Shown here: in pieces, positions 1 through 13,000 of the stretch
Numbering within the stretch: position 1 is the first letter of the stretch
Layout: every line of letters begins with the position of its first letter
NCBI GenBank assembly: GCA_028534125.1
Contig: CM052820.1
Coordinates: 868,001 to 932,000, forward strand
Length of the DNA: 64,000 nucleotides
Origin: Lama glama
Lineage: Eukaryota
Reading direction: 5' to 3'
Program-made: the position numbers and the translations under genes
Notes under the pieces: generated by a model
Seen by the model: only the letters and a program-made list of their open reading frames with translations
What the model was told of the DNA's origin: nothing
The model's database searches: none

Positions 1-521
1 CAGGTCCCCTCCTGGAGACACTTCCTGCCCGACCCTCCAACCGCCGGCTGCCCGCCGTGGTGGTCTCGGGCCTCCCTTCCCAGCAGAGCAGAGACACCCA
101 CCCCAGCCCACTGGGCGCCCTACCGCTCCCTCCTCCTCCCTCCTCCTGCCTCCTCCTGCCTCCTCCTCCAGGCAGCCATCACCCTGCGTGCCTCCTCCTG
201 ATCCCGACTCTCTGGCTGGACCTTAGGCTGAGTCGCCTGCCTGGCAGAGGGGACCCTCATGGGAGCCAAGTATGTGCCCAGAGCATCTCATCCTTGCTTT
301 AAAATCAACTGTGATGTCCAGCAGGTGTATTCAGAACAGGAGAGGGCGTCGCCCTTGAAAGGGGATTTTCCCTCCCCTTCCCCTCCCCTCGGCTCTGGCT
401 GATCTGAGCCAGTCGGTCTGCTGGGCCCAAGGAGTGGCCGCTTCACCAGCAGCCTGAGAGACACCAAGGCGGGCGGTCCTCAACTTCAACTTCCCCTGAG
501 AAGTGCTCTGCTGAGGGTTAC

Positions 522-605
522 CATGCCCTCCCCAGGCTGTTGGCCTTCCAAGACATTTCCTCTGCAGCTCGGGCAAAAGGCCAACTGATAGGAACAGACA
601 GTTCC
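522..605 (-). other. Candidate non-coding exon (possibly GPR35 5' UTR)
   Basis: tttaac branch-like site, then cttacatctccttttcag| acceptor; ATG|gtaacc donor; GPR35 lies on this side by synteny. Confidence 0.35.
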
Positions 606-3419
606 CTGAAAAGGAGATGTAAGTTGCTCGTTAAAGACAGGAAAGACACCCCATGACTCAAAAAGAGAACCACAAATTTAAAGTGCTCTGCAGTGTGATT
701 TCTCCCGTCAGTTGGACCAGGTCCAGGAGCTTGGCCACAGTGCTTGAGGGAGACAGCCTCAGATGTCACCCACTGATATTCCACATGGCACAACCACACC
801 CCCCTCCCTGCCCTTGAAGGGACATTTGGCAAGATCCAGCAAAATCAGACACGTACTGCCCTTTGACCCAGTAACCCCAGCAGCGGAACCATGCAGGCGT
901 GTTAGCGACACAGTTAAGTGAAGACCAAGCAGGTCTGGGTTTCAGTGAGAAGCACCGGCGAGGACTTGTGCTGTGTCTTACCTTGAAAATAAAGCTTTTG
1001 GTTCTGCCCACCGACAAGGCCCACGTCCCACACCTCTGACACCCAGGCTGTGGTCTCCAGCTGTGCTTTCTCACGAAGAGGAAGAGGCTACAGAGAGCAG
1101 TGGGGGCTTTCAGGTCTGGGTTAGGAACCACGTAGGATGTGCCCAGAACGGCTTTTCACACCAGAGAGCCAAGCAGCTCGAGACCACAGGCCGCCGACAG
1201 AGGGACGCAAGAGTCAACGCAAGCTTGCTCCTGGGGACCAGAGATGGGCTGATTTAAAATCCACAGGAGAATAACTTCAAGTTGAAACACAAAAAACGTT
1301 TACATCCATGAATTTGCAATTATACTTAGAGAAAAAACAAAACCAGCCACTTCCTGAAGTGGTCTCGCCAGAACCAGACGTCACACCGGAATCTGATGAG
1401 CGTCCAGAGGCCGCCACCTGAAACCGGAGCAGGAGCAAGCACAGAGCATAGTCAGGGACACCCCCACACCCGGGCCGGGGGCCACTCTACAGGGCCAGGC
1501 ACCCAAGCCAGGAGTCAGGAGAGGAGGGGGAGGAGACTGGACGACAGTCGGGCAGCGGAGGGTGCTCCCTGGGTCTGGATCCCACTCAGCTGCTGGTGCC
1601 AAGGCTAGGAGCTGAGCCAAAGTGCACCATCCAGCTTTTATTCACTTCATGCCAGAGGGAGAGAAAGGCGTGCAAGCACATGTACAGATCTACACTATTA
1701 GCATACATGTGTGCACGTATACGCACGTGCACACACACACCCCTCTGCTGACCTACATCTATGGGAGGGCTCTTGGGTGGGAGGCAGCCTGAGCTAGGAG
1801 GACAGAGGTCCCAGGCCCAGCGTGCTCCCGCTTGGCTCTTCCCCACTGGGCCTCACCCGCAAAGACTGGACCACGGGGAAACACCCATCACTTGGGAAGC
1901 AACACTCACTGCATGTGGAGGTAGAAGGAACCTGGGAGTTCAGGGCCCTCTGCTCTGCCTGGAAAGCAAGGGTGTCCTCAAAACTGGGGGCTGGGCTGCC
2001 TCCACCGCCCACTCGGGTGCCAGCCTCTGCACACCCAGCCCCCAGCGCCACTGCACAGATGGGAAACCACAGTCCAGGAAGGGCAGGGATGGCTCGGGGA
2101 CACCAGGAGCCCCTGGAGGAGAGAGCTGGAATGCCCTGGCAGGCTCCTTCCCGGCACGATGTTGAGAGCGAGCACCTGGTACCAAAGGGGCAGGGGCGGA
2201 GCAGCCTGGCCCCGAGCTGGCCCTCCGATGGCGGGGACTGTGGGGGGAGAGGGCCACGGGTGTGTGGGGACGGCGGATGGCAGGGGTGTGGGCGCGATGG
2301 GAAGGGGGAGTGGGAGGGGGTGGTCCCTCTGCGGCTGCGGTTAGGGCCGGCCTGGAGTGGGTGAGGCCGAGGTGAGGGGCAGCACCAGGCCAAGGCCCAC
2401 GTGAGGGGTCAGGGAGCAAGGCTTGATTTTTCACGTTGTGCTTGTTCACTTAAAAAACCCAAAGAGTCTTTTTCCAGAAACATGCATGGGCACAAACACA
2501 CACACACACGTGCACACAAACAGAGTTCAGGGCTGTTTCATGGACCCTACCCTCACCTGGGCCACCGACCTCTGCTCTCACCCCTCACCTCCGCCACCTG
2601 CCTGTCCTGGGTCCCTCGCGGCAGGCTCGCCGCCCCATCTCCATCTGCTCACTGCTTCCCACTGTTTGCTGAGACCTCTCTGGCTGGTCCCGAGCCGAGC
2701 GGGCCAGTCTCCTGCTCTAAGTCAGGGACAGTCCGCACAGCTTCCGTCGTGATGGGCCTGCTCTTCCAGGAAGTCGACACTGATTGAGGCAGATCGGTCA
2801 GGTTGCAGGGCTGCAGAAAGCCGGGGTCTGGTACTGTTTAGATAACGTCCCAGGAGAGGGTGGGGACTGGGGAATCTGCCTTGGGCAGCGGAGGGGTTGG
2901 GGGGTTAGCTGCAAGAGCAGCTCCCAGAGCTTGACTCACGGGAAGCCCCCCTTGTTGACCCTGGTCCTGAAATGCCCGACCCTGCTGGCCCTGCCCTCCC
3001 ACCCCCTGGAGAAGCCTGGCCCTGGATTTGGCTGACTGCCCCTGCAGAGCCCGGCTAGAGGACCATGCGATGGCTCTGGTCCCACACACTCTCTGGAAAG
3101 ATGGCCTCACACACGGTGTCTGCTCCCCCCCAACCCTTGGTGCTCCACCACTGGGACCCAGGTCCCACGCAGCCAGCCCACAGACACGTCTCCCCCTGAG
3201 GGCCCTTCGGCCACTGAGTCGCAGAACCCAGCGGGCATCTGACAGGCTTCGCCTTACTCCACTCCCCAGCAGCTTTTGGCAGAGCTGAACCGTCCCTAGC
3301 TCTTTGTTTTTAAGTGTTTCAGTGAAACGTTGACGAGGTCTAAATGCACGCCAGGCGCGTGTGCACAGGGAAGGGGGAGGGCCTCAGGGGGCCTTCAAGG
3401 CCCCCTTGCACGCTTGGTG

Positions 3420-3915
3420 GCAGATGCAGAAGCCCTTGGTGGCAGCACCTGGGGGCGGCCGCTGGGCCGCTGCCTTTCTGGCTCTGAGACGTGGCACTTG
3501 CCCCATTTCGCCCCTTCCTCTCTGGCCTCTCCTCGCACACCCTTGTTGTTCTCCATGCAGGGCCCAAACTTGGCGTCCACTGGGGCTTGGTCCTGGGCCC
3601 TTTCTTGCCCCATCACACTCTTTATACCAGACTCAACCAGTCCTGCTGACCTAAGAATCACCCTTGTGTCCATGACCCCAGTGGCCGCTTCAGCCCAGAC
3701 CTCTGGACCACACATGGGACTCCCCGCCAGGCACCTTCTCTCGGACATCTAACGTGCATTTTAAGTGCACTTGACCAGAACTGACCACATGATCAAGCCC
3801 CTTCACCACCACCCACCACCTGCACTGTAATCATCCTTCAAAGTCCCCCATCTCAGAGAATGATCCCGCTTGTTGCCCAGGCCACAGTTTCCCCCCTTCT
3901 CCTACATCCAGTCAT
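3420..3915 (+). mobile_element. L2 LINE fragment
   Basis: Resembles the L2 consensus (cagcccagacctct...ccccatctcagagaatga...catccagtcatc). Confidence 0.6.
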
Positions 3916-5950
3916 CAATAAGTTAAATATGTATATTGTAAACCCAACAGCAACCATTGAACAAGTAAAACAAAGAGGCTTTTTAAATAAATAAGCCAAC
4001 AGAGGAGATAAATGGAGTATAAAACAAAAGACTCAATTAATCCAAAAGAGGGACGAGAAAGGGACAAAGAGACAGACAGGAAGCAGTAGGAAGGTGGCAG
4101 ATCTAACCCGACCCTGTCACTAACCACACTAAACGTAACTGGCCTAAATACTCCGATCAAAAGTCAAAGACTGTCAAACTGGATTACAAAAGCAGGAAGT
4201 GACAATATGCTGTCTAAATGACACACACTTTAAACATAAAGACAGGTTAAAAGTGAAAAGTGAAAACAAAGTGAAAGAATGTAAAAAGATATAAAATGAA
4301 AACACCAGTCATGGCGAAGCTGGATGGGGTATTAATGTCAAAGCGGACTTCAGCACGGGGAGCTGCACCGGAGACGCAAGGGACATTTCATACAATGAAA
4401 GGGCTAACTCGGAAGTGATTAGACAGACTCGCGGCTCTGGCAGGCTGTTCTGACCCCCCTCCCAGTGACTAAGAGCTTAGCAAGGGTAGACTTGAACATC
4501 ACCAAGCCGCTGCCCGCACTGATGCTCGCAGAGCAGCACGTGTAACAAGAGCAAGCACACATTCTTTTCAAGTGCACATGTGAACGGTCTCCAAAGTAGG
4601 CCACACACTGGGCCATACAGCAGGCCTCAGCACAAGAAAGACGGTTGAAATCCTACGGAGTATGTTCCTCAGATACAACACAACTAAGCGAGAAACCAGC
4701 AACAAAAAGATACGAGATATCGGAAGAATGCCCAAATAGTTGGAAGTTAAACAACATAATAAACTCAGGAGTCAAACAAGTAATCAAAGGGAAACTGGGA
4801 AGTCTCTTGAGCTGCACGGCCATGGAAACACAACTTACCAGCATCTGCGAGACGAAGCTGACGCAGTGTTAGCGGGAAATGTGTGCTGCAGGTGTTTGTC
4901 TCAGGAAAGAGAAGAGGCCTGAAATCACTGGCCAGAGGCCCCACTCTGGGAAGGCCACACAACAGCAAACCAAGCCCAAGGAAGTGGTTGGAAGGAAACG
5001 AGAGAAAATTTAATGTCGTAGGAAAACGACAACAGGGAAAAATCAGTAAAATGAAACCTGGTTCTTTGAAATGATCAGTGCAGTTGATAAACCTCTGGCT
5101 AAACGGATCAAGAGAAAAATCCACAAATACTAGTATCGGGACTGAAAACATAGCAGTTAGAGCCTACAGACATTGGAGTACAAAGGGACATTATTAATAA
5201 ATTTATGCAAAGACATCTGACAACTCAGTCGAAATACACAAAGGTCTCAAAAGTCATAACTTGCCAAAATTCACACAAGGAACATCAGATTTGAATAGCC
5301 TGTGTCTATGAATGTTGTTGAGTTCATAATTAAAGACCTTTCCACAAAGAAGACTCCTGACGTAGATGGTGTTGCTGGGGAGTTCTACCAAACATTTAAG
5401 AATGAAATAATACCAATCTTAAACATATTCTGAAAAGAAATAAGGAGGAACCTTTCCCTACTCATTTTTGAAGACACGCTTTGCCCTCAGACCAAAACTA
5501 GACAAACTCATTACTACAGGAAACCTATAGGTCAACACCATGCGTGACCATAGATGCAAAGTCCTTGATGAACTTAGCTAACTGAATCCAGCAAGGTATG
5601 GAGCCAGTAATCCAGCGTGGACACACAGCACAGGGTTATGAGGGATATTTTAACACTGGAACAGCAATCACTACAAGGCACTACATTAACAAGGCAAAGG
5701 AGGAAGCCCCTGCGGCCGGATGGGGCCTCAGAGCTGCAGAGCTGACAGCTCCTGGGGACTGCAGGCCCAGCCTGCCACTCAAAGCCTGTCCTCAAAACTA
5801 GAAAAGACCCATGTCCCAGGCCACATGTTGGGGTCAAAAACCCAAGGTCCCAGGAACAAAGGGCTCCTCCATTCATTTCAAGGCAGCAAAAGCTAGGTCA
5901 CTTCCGTTAAACATTAGTGGGGAAATCCAGTCAAAGCAACAAGGCAGACA
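3916..5950 (+). mobile_element. Ancient L1 fragment (inter-ORF region and ORF2 endonuclease to early RT), disrupted
   Basis: A-rich; from about 4123 translates TTLNVTGLNTPIKSQRLSNWI, matching the L1 ORF2 endonuclease N-terminus; many stops and frameshifts. Confidence 0.88.
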
Positions 5951-6879
5951 TGGGACCCTGACAAGGCATGCTTACGAATGAAGAGAGACAGAGGCCGAGA
6001 GAAAAGGGCCTGGAGCATCGGACAGCCTTGGCCCTGGCCTGGCTGGCTCTGTCCGGCTCACTCCGGCCCCATCCTGCCTCCTGTGCCCCGCTGGGCTCTC
6101 TCCCCAACATGGGGCTTCAAGGCACCAGGACTTCAATACTCACCCTAGACGCTCTGCTGCCCTCAAGGCTGACCAGGACAAGGGAGGGCCTGGAGAGAAA
6201 AGGCCCAGGGCCAGGACCAGGTCAGACTCGGCTCCCACTGAGAAGGCCGTGCACACTGCCCTGGAGCAGGAAGCGATGACCAGAAGGAAGCGCAGCCAGG
6301 CGGTTCGGGGCAAAGTCTGCTGAGGAAGCCCGGGAAAGGAGGCGTTCTCACCTGCACACCTAGACCCGCCTGTCAGGGTTGGCCAGGGACACAGCACATG
6401 GAGGGAGGCGGCCTTCGCCCATTAGCAGGTCCACAAGACAGGGACCCCAGGTGCAGCCAGGCCCTGGACACAGCTTGGCATGGCTGGACCCTGCTGCTGG
6501 GTTCCGTGGAGTCAGGCAGGGCCCAGGATGAGGCCCCCGTCCGTGTCAGTCAATATATGGCTGGGGCAGTGGTGGCCTGCCCTGGGGCCCCGGGTCCTCC
6601 CAGAGCCAGCCGGGGCCTTGCGTTCTGCCTGGGGGATCCTTCACGGGGCTTGGGGGCTGGTATCAGACAGGAGCATACAGACTGAGGCAGGAGCCTTCTA
6701 ACACATCAGGAGTCCCACCATGGGGTGGGAGGGGCACGGCCACCCAGCTGGGTGGGCTCAGACCCTAGAAGAGACTGGAGAGCAGGTCCCCTTCCCTCTG
6801 CTCTCGTCAGCAGACCTGAGCCGAGCTTGACCCCATCCCAGCAGACACTGCAGACCAAGGTCTCCAGGGCAAAACACAG

Positions 6880-6966
6880 GGCCAGAGTCTGGACCCATGA
6901 CACCCTGTGAGTGTGACCAGAGCCCGGACCCGGGACACCCTGTGAGTGTGGCCAGAGCCCGGACAC
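6880..6966. repeat. 35-bp tandem repeat, about 2.5 copies
   Basis: gacaccctgtgagtgtg(a/g)ccagagcccggac at 6899 and 6934. Confidence 0.85.
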
Positions 6967-8029
6967 GTTTTCAGCAGGGACCCTGGTGTCCAGAGCACAC
7001 AAGCTGCTCTGCGAAGGCCCAGCCAGGAGGAGATGCACCGAGTAGAACTGGGCCCGCCTGGCTACTGCAGTGGGCCGGGGAAGGGCCCCTGTAGCTCAGC
7101 CGGTAGGTGCCTCTTGTGAAGGGACCACGCCCTGCAGCGGGCGCCCTGCCCCTCAGCACCCAGGCTGTTTCTTGGGCTCAGCAGACATGCGGGGCCTGCT
7201 GCCCTCGCTGCGGCCTGGAAGCCGGGCAGCAGACGCCTTCCCGTCTGCGGTGGCCACACAGCCTGGCCTTCCCTTCTCTGCTCTCCGCCTGATCCCAGAG
7301 AGGGACCTGAGCAAACTCTCCCTGTCACCCAGGGAGGGACCAGGATTCTGTCCAGATGCGGCCTGGCGAGGGGGCTGGCCAGCCCAGCGAAGGTGGGTCG
7401 CCCCATGGGCTCTTGGGAGAAGCTGGCAGCACCCCGCCTTCTGGAGTTCAGGGCAGGAGGCTGATGATGATGGGGCAGTTGGCAGCATTTTACTTTTCGG
7501 GCCTCCTTTGGAAGGTGGCTCTCTGCAGGGCCCAGGCCCGAACCCTAATGGGTGAGACAAATCGTCGGCTTTCTTTGTCTCTGCCCAGAAGACAAAGCAA
7601 GTGGGGAGGGAAGACAGACGGGCTGAGACGTGGAGATGCTGCTCAAGTGCGCCCCCCGGAGGCCTCCCTGCAACCCAGGGGGACCGGCAGCCTCCAGCTG
7701 CCCGGAGGGAGGGACGTCCTGCCTGCGGCCGGCTGGCGGTGACGCTGGCGAGATGCATGTGATTGCTGACCCCTAGGGCCGGGCTAACTGGCCACAGCCG
7801 AGCGGCTCTGAGGCTGGGTGGGGACGTGTGGGTTGAGACGGCCTTTCCTCCAGCCCGTCTTGGGAAAGAGCTCTTCAAGGCAGCGGCAGCAGCAAAGTGC
7901 CCGTGAGTGGAGGCTGAGAGAGAAATTCCACTCCAAGGAAGCGCGTGCGCGGCCACCTGCTCGGAACGCAGGAGCAGCAGGTCTTAGTGAGTTCCGGCTG
8001 CCGGGACAGACACTGCAGGCTGGGGGCGA

Positions 8030-8180
8030 AACCGCAGACATTGACTTCTCATAATTTGGGAAGCTGGAAGTCTAAGGTCAAGGCGCTGGCAAGCTTGGTT
8101 CCTAGCAAAGGCCCTGGTCCTGGTTGCAGACAGCCACTTTATCGCTGTCATGCATGAAGCTCTGGTGCCTCTTCAAAGGA
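8030..8180 (-). mobile_element. MaLR (MLT1/MST-like) LTR fragment
   Basis: ttctcataatttgggaagctggaagtctaaggtcaaggcgctggca motif. Confidence 0.6.
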
Positions 8181-9674
8181 CGCCTGAGGGGTCCCTGCCC
8201 GGGAGATTGAGCCGTGCAGGGTGTCAACACCCAGCATTTGAGCGCCACTTGGGGCTCTGGATACGCTGCGCCAGACTCCTCCTCCCCCGAGCGTCTTGCT
8301 CCCCAGATTTGTTTCAGTGTCGGCCTCTGCAGAATACCACCCTGGTCCAGGAGTCGATAGTATGGGGTTTGGAGCTGGTCACTCGCTGCCTACTGGCACA
8401 GGGGCCTGTCTGATGGCAGGGAGACGGTGGCCCTTGGCACAGGCGGTGGTCCTGTCCTGGCCAATTTTTAAGTCCAATTTGGAGTTGAGTTGGAAGGTGC
8501 TGGGGGAAGGGACAAGGGTGTTGAGGTATGCGGACAGGAGGAGCTCAAGGGCACAGAGCGGGCAGCTGGAGGTCAGGTGTGAGGAGGCCTCTGGTCACTA
8601 GCAGAGCAGCTCAGCTGCAGGGTGGAGACAGCCAGGCCTGGGGCCCATTGAAGAGATGGCCCAGCCCCAAGAGGCAGGACCCTCCCCACAGCAAGTGTGC
8701 TTGGCAGACGCCCCCCACCTACCTGCCCCACTAGGCTCTCTACTCCATGGCTGTGCACAGGGAGAGGGAGGGGACGTCCAAGAACCACTGGACATTCGAG
8801 TTCTGAGTTGACATGGGCCCCTGGGCATCCTTGTGGGCCCCACCAGAGCTGGACACACACAGGCTGTGGACAGTAGAGTCTTGGCAGGACTGGCTCACAG
8901 AGCGATGGCGTCCCCTCCTGGTCTCCTGGCACATGACTGGGGCTGGTACGTGCTCCCTGGGGTCAGAGACACCAGGCAGGAAGGCCAAGGGCGAGTGGAG
9001 ATGAGGGCCCCCCTCGAGGCTCAGAAGGCGTGGGGTGATGGCCCCATCCCATCTCCACCTGACTCAGGACCAGGGGCTCCTGGAGGTCGACTCCCGCTCA
9101 CCGAGGGCAGCCCGGGGGGGCAGACCACTCAGGCCTCAGGCACAGGAGTGCGGGCGTGACAGACTAGGTCAGAGGTCAGAACAGCTCTCACCCGCGTGGA
9201 GCAGGACAGACACCGGCAGCCTTCCCCAGGACCTCTGCCGTCACACGGGGCAAGGACGCTCAATCGTGACGACACGATGCTGGGTCGGAGGAGCAAGAGG
9301 CGGCAGGAGGCGCACCGGGCCGAGACTGGGGCTGCGGCACAGAAGATGGTTAGGGGTTCAGGGGACCAGGGGTCGGAGGCCTGCGAGAAGTCCCTTGCCA
9401 CATCGAGAGCAAAGGCCTGTGCCCAGTACCTCCCACAAGGAAGCTCGAGACCCCTGGGTGCCTGTGGCAGCATCCCCCACGCCCAAGCACTGCAGGCCGG
9501 TAGACCAGGTGGCAGGAAGCAGACGGGTGTGCAGACAGGAGGAGACTCGGGCCAGCTGGTCACCTCCAGTGTCTGAGCAGCGGGCAGGAGCCCCCCGCCC
9601 GTCCCCGCGGCGAGGGCTGACGCGGCCCCAGCTACCTGAATCCAGACTCAGATGGAAGCTGCTCAGTGCTAATG

Positions 9675-9680
9675 TTTATT
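9675..9680 (-). terminator. CAPN10 polyadenylation signal AATAAA
   Basis: tttatt on + strand, about 315 nt past the stop, in an AT-rich patch. Confidence 0.8.
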
Positions 9681-9993
9681 TATAAAGTTGTGTCCTAAAA
9701 ATGTTTCAAATAAATAATTTTAAACAAGATCCATCACAATGTACTTCCGTCTGCTGTGAGGCCTCTCCGGGGCCAAGGAGCGACAGCGTGGAGAACCTCC
9801 GCGTCTCGGCGCGCAGGCCCACCCCGAGCTTTTCTTGCCCTTCCAGCAGCACCTGCTGGACCCCGGGCTGCGGCTCTCCAGGACGGGGCTCTTCACCGGG
9901 ACCCCAGCTCAGGCTGCCACCCTGCTCAGGCCCGGCCGCTGCGGCACTGGCATGTGGGTCGCTGGTCAGCAGAGCTGCCACGCGTGGCTGTCG

Positions 9994-10023
9994 TTAGGTC
10001 TTCATGACTGCCATGAAGGAGGC
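9994..10023 (-). CDS. CAPN10: CAPN10 exon 12 (terminal coding part)
   Basis: ccgcag|[12 protein letters not shown]. Confidence 0.92.
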   Translation of the reverse strand, partial: ASFMAVMKT

Positions 10024-13000
10024 CTGCGGAGGAGATGGCGGGACCTGGGCAGTGCCGCCTGGGCCGCAGCACCCCCCCTGCCCTCCAGAGGCTGTCACCG
10101 TAGCCCCACTTCTTGAGCCCTGGGAAGCTCTGCTGGGGGCTCTCGTGGGGAGAGGCAAGGGCACCTCGTGCCCCGGGGCACAGTCCAGCCTGCAAGGCGG
10201 CTGCTGGGAGGGGCTCCACACAGCCCCACACGTACCTCCTGGAGAAGCTGCCCCAGCATTTCCTGGCTGTGAATGGAGCGCCTGTGGGGAAGGACACCAC
10301 GGTCATCTGGCAGGGCGGCCACACTCCAGGCCCACCCACTCTAGACGGTGCCACCCTCCTCCCACAGGCCCCTGGGCTCTGCCAGGACAGGGAAGAGCCG
10401 GGGTGTGGGGGGCGGAGGGGAGAGAAGCCCGGGGAGGTGCTGAGGACCACAGCCCCCCGACACACGCGCGCACACTCACACCCGGAGCCCACCTGTCTAT
10501 CCTGGTCTCCACGGTCACCGTGAAAGCCCCCTCTGTGTCTGGCAGGTAGGTGGAGGGCACAATCCTGTAGGTCCCCGCAGACAGGTGGCAGAGCCGGCTC
10601 ACCTCCTGGGTGTAGCAGTGCGGCACACAGCTTAGCAGAGGCTCCTGGAGCAGCAGGGAGGGAGCACCCAGGCCCCCGCCATCTGCAGGAACCTGGGGGA
10701 GGCACAGGCTCAGACTGGGGGCCAGCGGTGAACGCTCCCCTCCTCACAGCCCTGGGCTGGGGACGCCGGGGCAACCTGTGTAGTCTCGCCATACGCGCCA
10801 GGCTTCAGAGCTGGGCTCACCATTCACTGAGGCCGCAACACCAGTGCCCACGCCTGGGGACACCAGAGTCACCACTGCCCAGCCCTGTCCTGGGAGTCAC
10901 CTCACTGGCCCCGACACCCATGATTTTTTGAAGGTTCGGGGTGCCCCGCGGGCGGCCTGGGGTTGAGCGAGGCTCCAGAGTCTGCCTTCAGCTGTTGGGG
11001 GGCACAGCAGCTCTGCCTCCCAACGGTCCAGAACCTCCCCAGTCAGAGAAAACCCTCTCCTCCCCTGCCTGTACCCCAGGCTAGGCGTGACCACCCCCAC
11101 GCGGGCCCGGTGACAGCGCAGCATGGGGTCACCCTCCGGCCATGCCTCCTCAGGGCACCTGCCGGTGCACCAGCCCATCCTGAAGCGGGGCCCCCAGAAG
11201 GAGCAGGGGAGCCACACAGTCACCCTGGAATCTGAATCTGTGACCTCTGACACTTCACCTCTTCCCCTTTCTCCTACTACAGGTCTTCTAAGCGCATCCT
11301 GCCTGCAATTCAGGAGGGGAAGAGCAGCCCAAGGCCGGGGAAGGCGCTCTAGGTGGCACCTGTGACTCCCTGGCTCTTGCATAGCCGCCATACAACCTCC
11401 TGCCAGCCGGGGGTAAGAGCTCCCTGCCCCACCCGGCCAGGGTGGGGGGACCCTGGGTCCCCTGGCTCACGCCCACGTGGGGCTGGAGATAAGTCACACT
11501 TCCCAGTGGAGTTCCTGGAAGCCACCCCTCCCTTCTGTTGTCCAGGATTCAGGCCGCCCCGCACTGCTGACCCACTGCGGCCTCACTCTGAGCCCCTCGC
11601 CCCCAGCTCTGTCTTTTCTTTCTAATCTAAAGACCCTCACTAGGTGCAGCATCCGTCCAGACTGTCTCACTGAATGCGGCCCCCCCCCCCTGCTCCTGCT
11701 GGTTCCCGCGAGCCCAGGCCGTCTTTTATCCCAGACCCCCAGGCTTGGGCCCTGGGGAGGGTGGGGTTCACGTGGCTTCAGAGAGGCTCCTGCTGGAGAA
11801 CTGCTCCCCGTGCACCCAGTGGGGACTCCTGGCTGGAGGCACAGCTCTGGGGACAGCTCAGGACACAGCTGCTGTGAGCCAGGGCAAGTGGACAAGGGGC
11901 CGCCTGAGCTGACCTGTGACCTCCAGTGAACTACAGACTCCGTAAAACCTAGAAATGAGTCTTGCCTGTGCCCAGCTGGCCCAGACACTGAGCCCGGAGG
12001 ACACGGACAGACCTGGAGGGGCCTACCCCCCACCCCTCTCCCCATCCTGCCGCACCGCCCCCGAGCCCCAGGAGCGTGGGGAGCCTGCCTGGAAGACGTG
12101 GAAGCCGATGGGGTGGCACTTGCTGTCCTGGCAGTGCTGGCGCAGAGTGATGCGGACACAGCGGGGGCCTGTGCCCTCAGGCACCGACAGCGGGAAGCAG
12201 GGGTTGGTGGGGTAGGAGGCAAAGTTGCGGCTGCCCCCCGCTGTCCGGCCGACTCTCCAGGAGCCCCGCAGCCGCACAGTCTCCCACTCACCCGCGGGTG
12301 GGGCCTCCCGGTGGGCAGGGCTCTGGGCCGCCGGCTTGATGGCACTGCCCGGAGAGACAAGCACAGGAGGCGGCTGGCACACCATCCGGCCCCGTCACAG
12401 GCGTGAGCACATAAACCCTGCGGAAACCGCCCAGGCCGCTCCCCCTCCTGAGCCCGAGACCCTGCCCACCCCTCACCTGAGGGAGACTCTCCCACTGGAG
12501 AAGACCCGGAGCAGAAACCGCCCCGGCACATCCTTCAGGAAGGTGCTGGGGACGGCCAGGTAGTAGCCCGGGGCGAGCTCACAGCGGAGGTGGACCTCCC
12601 GGTCGTACGCATGGCACACGGTGCCAGCCACGGGGGGCGCCGACAGGGCCCTGGGCAGGCTGACCCGCCGCTTCTCCACCTGCAGAGGGAGGCCGGCATG
12701 CAGAAGCCACAGAGACCGGAGCCTAGACCCCACCCCGCTCCCAGCAGAGGGGTCCTTGTCAAAGCACCCATGCCTGCGGGTCTCCCCCTCTCAGGAGTTG
12801 GCTGAAAATGCCCGTGGACTCAGGCTCTGTCCTGGGGTCAGTGGCTCTGTTCCAGACGTGAGCCTGCAAGTCCTGCTCTGGGAGCAAACAGGCAAATCTA
12901 GACAGGGTTGTGCCCCAAATGGCATGTGGCTAATGCAAGCTGGGGACTGTGGGACGAAAGGCTTGCTAGGGACTTCCTTTGAAGGGGACACGCTGTAGGC

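Noticed and set aside
1381-1620. ORF containing VSLTM, reminiscent of the GPR35 long-isoform junction
   Set aside because: No seven-transmembrane sequence follows; the stretch is better read as a branch point and pyrimidine tract
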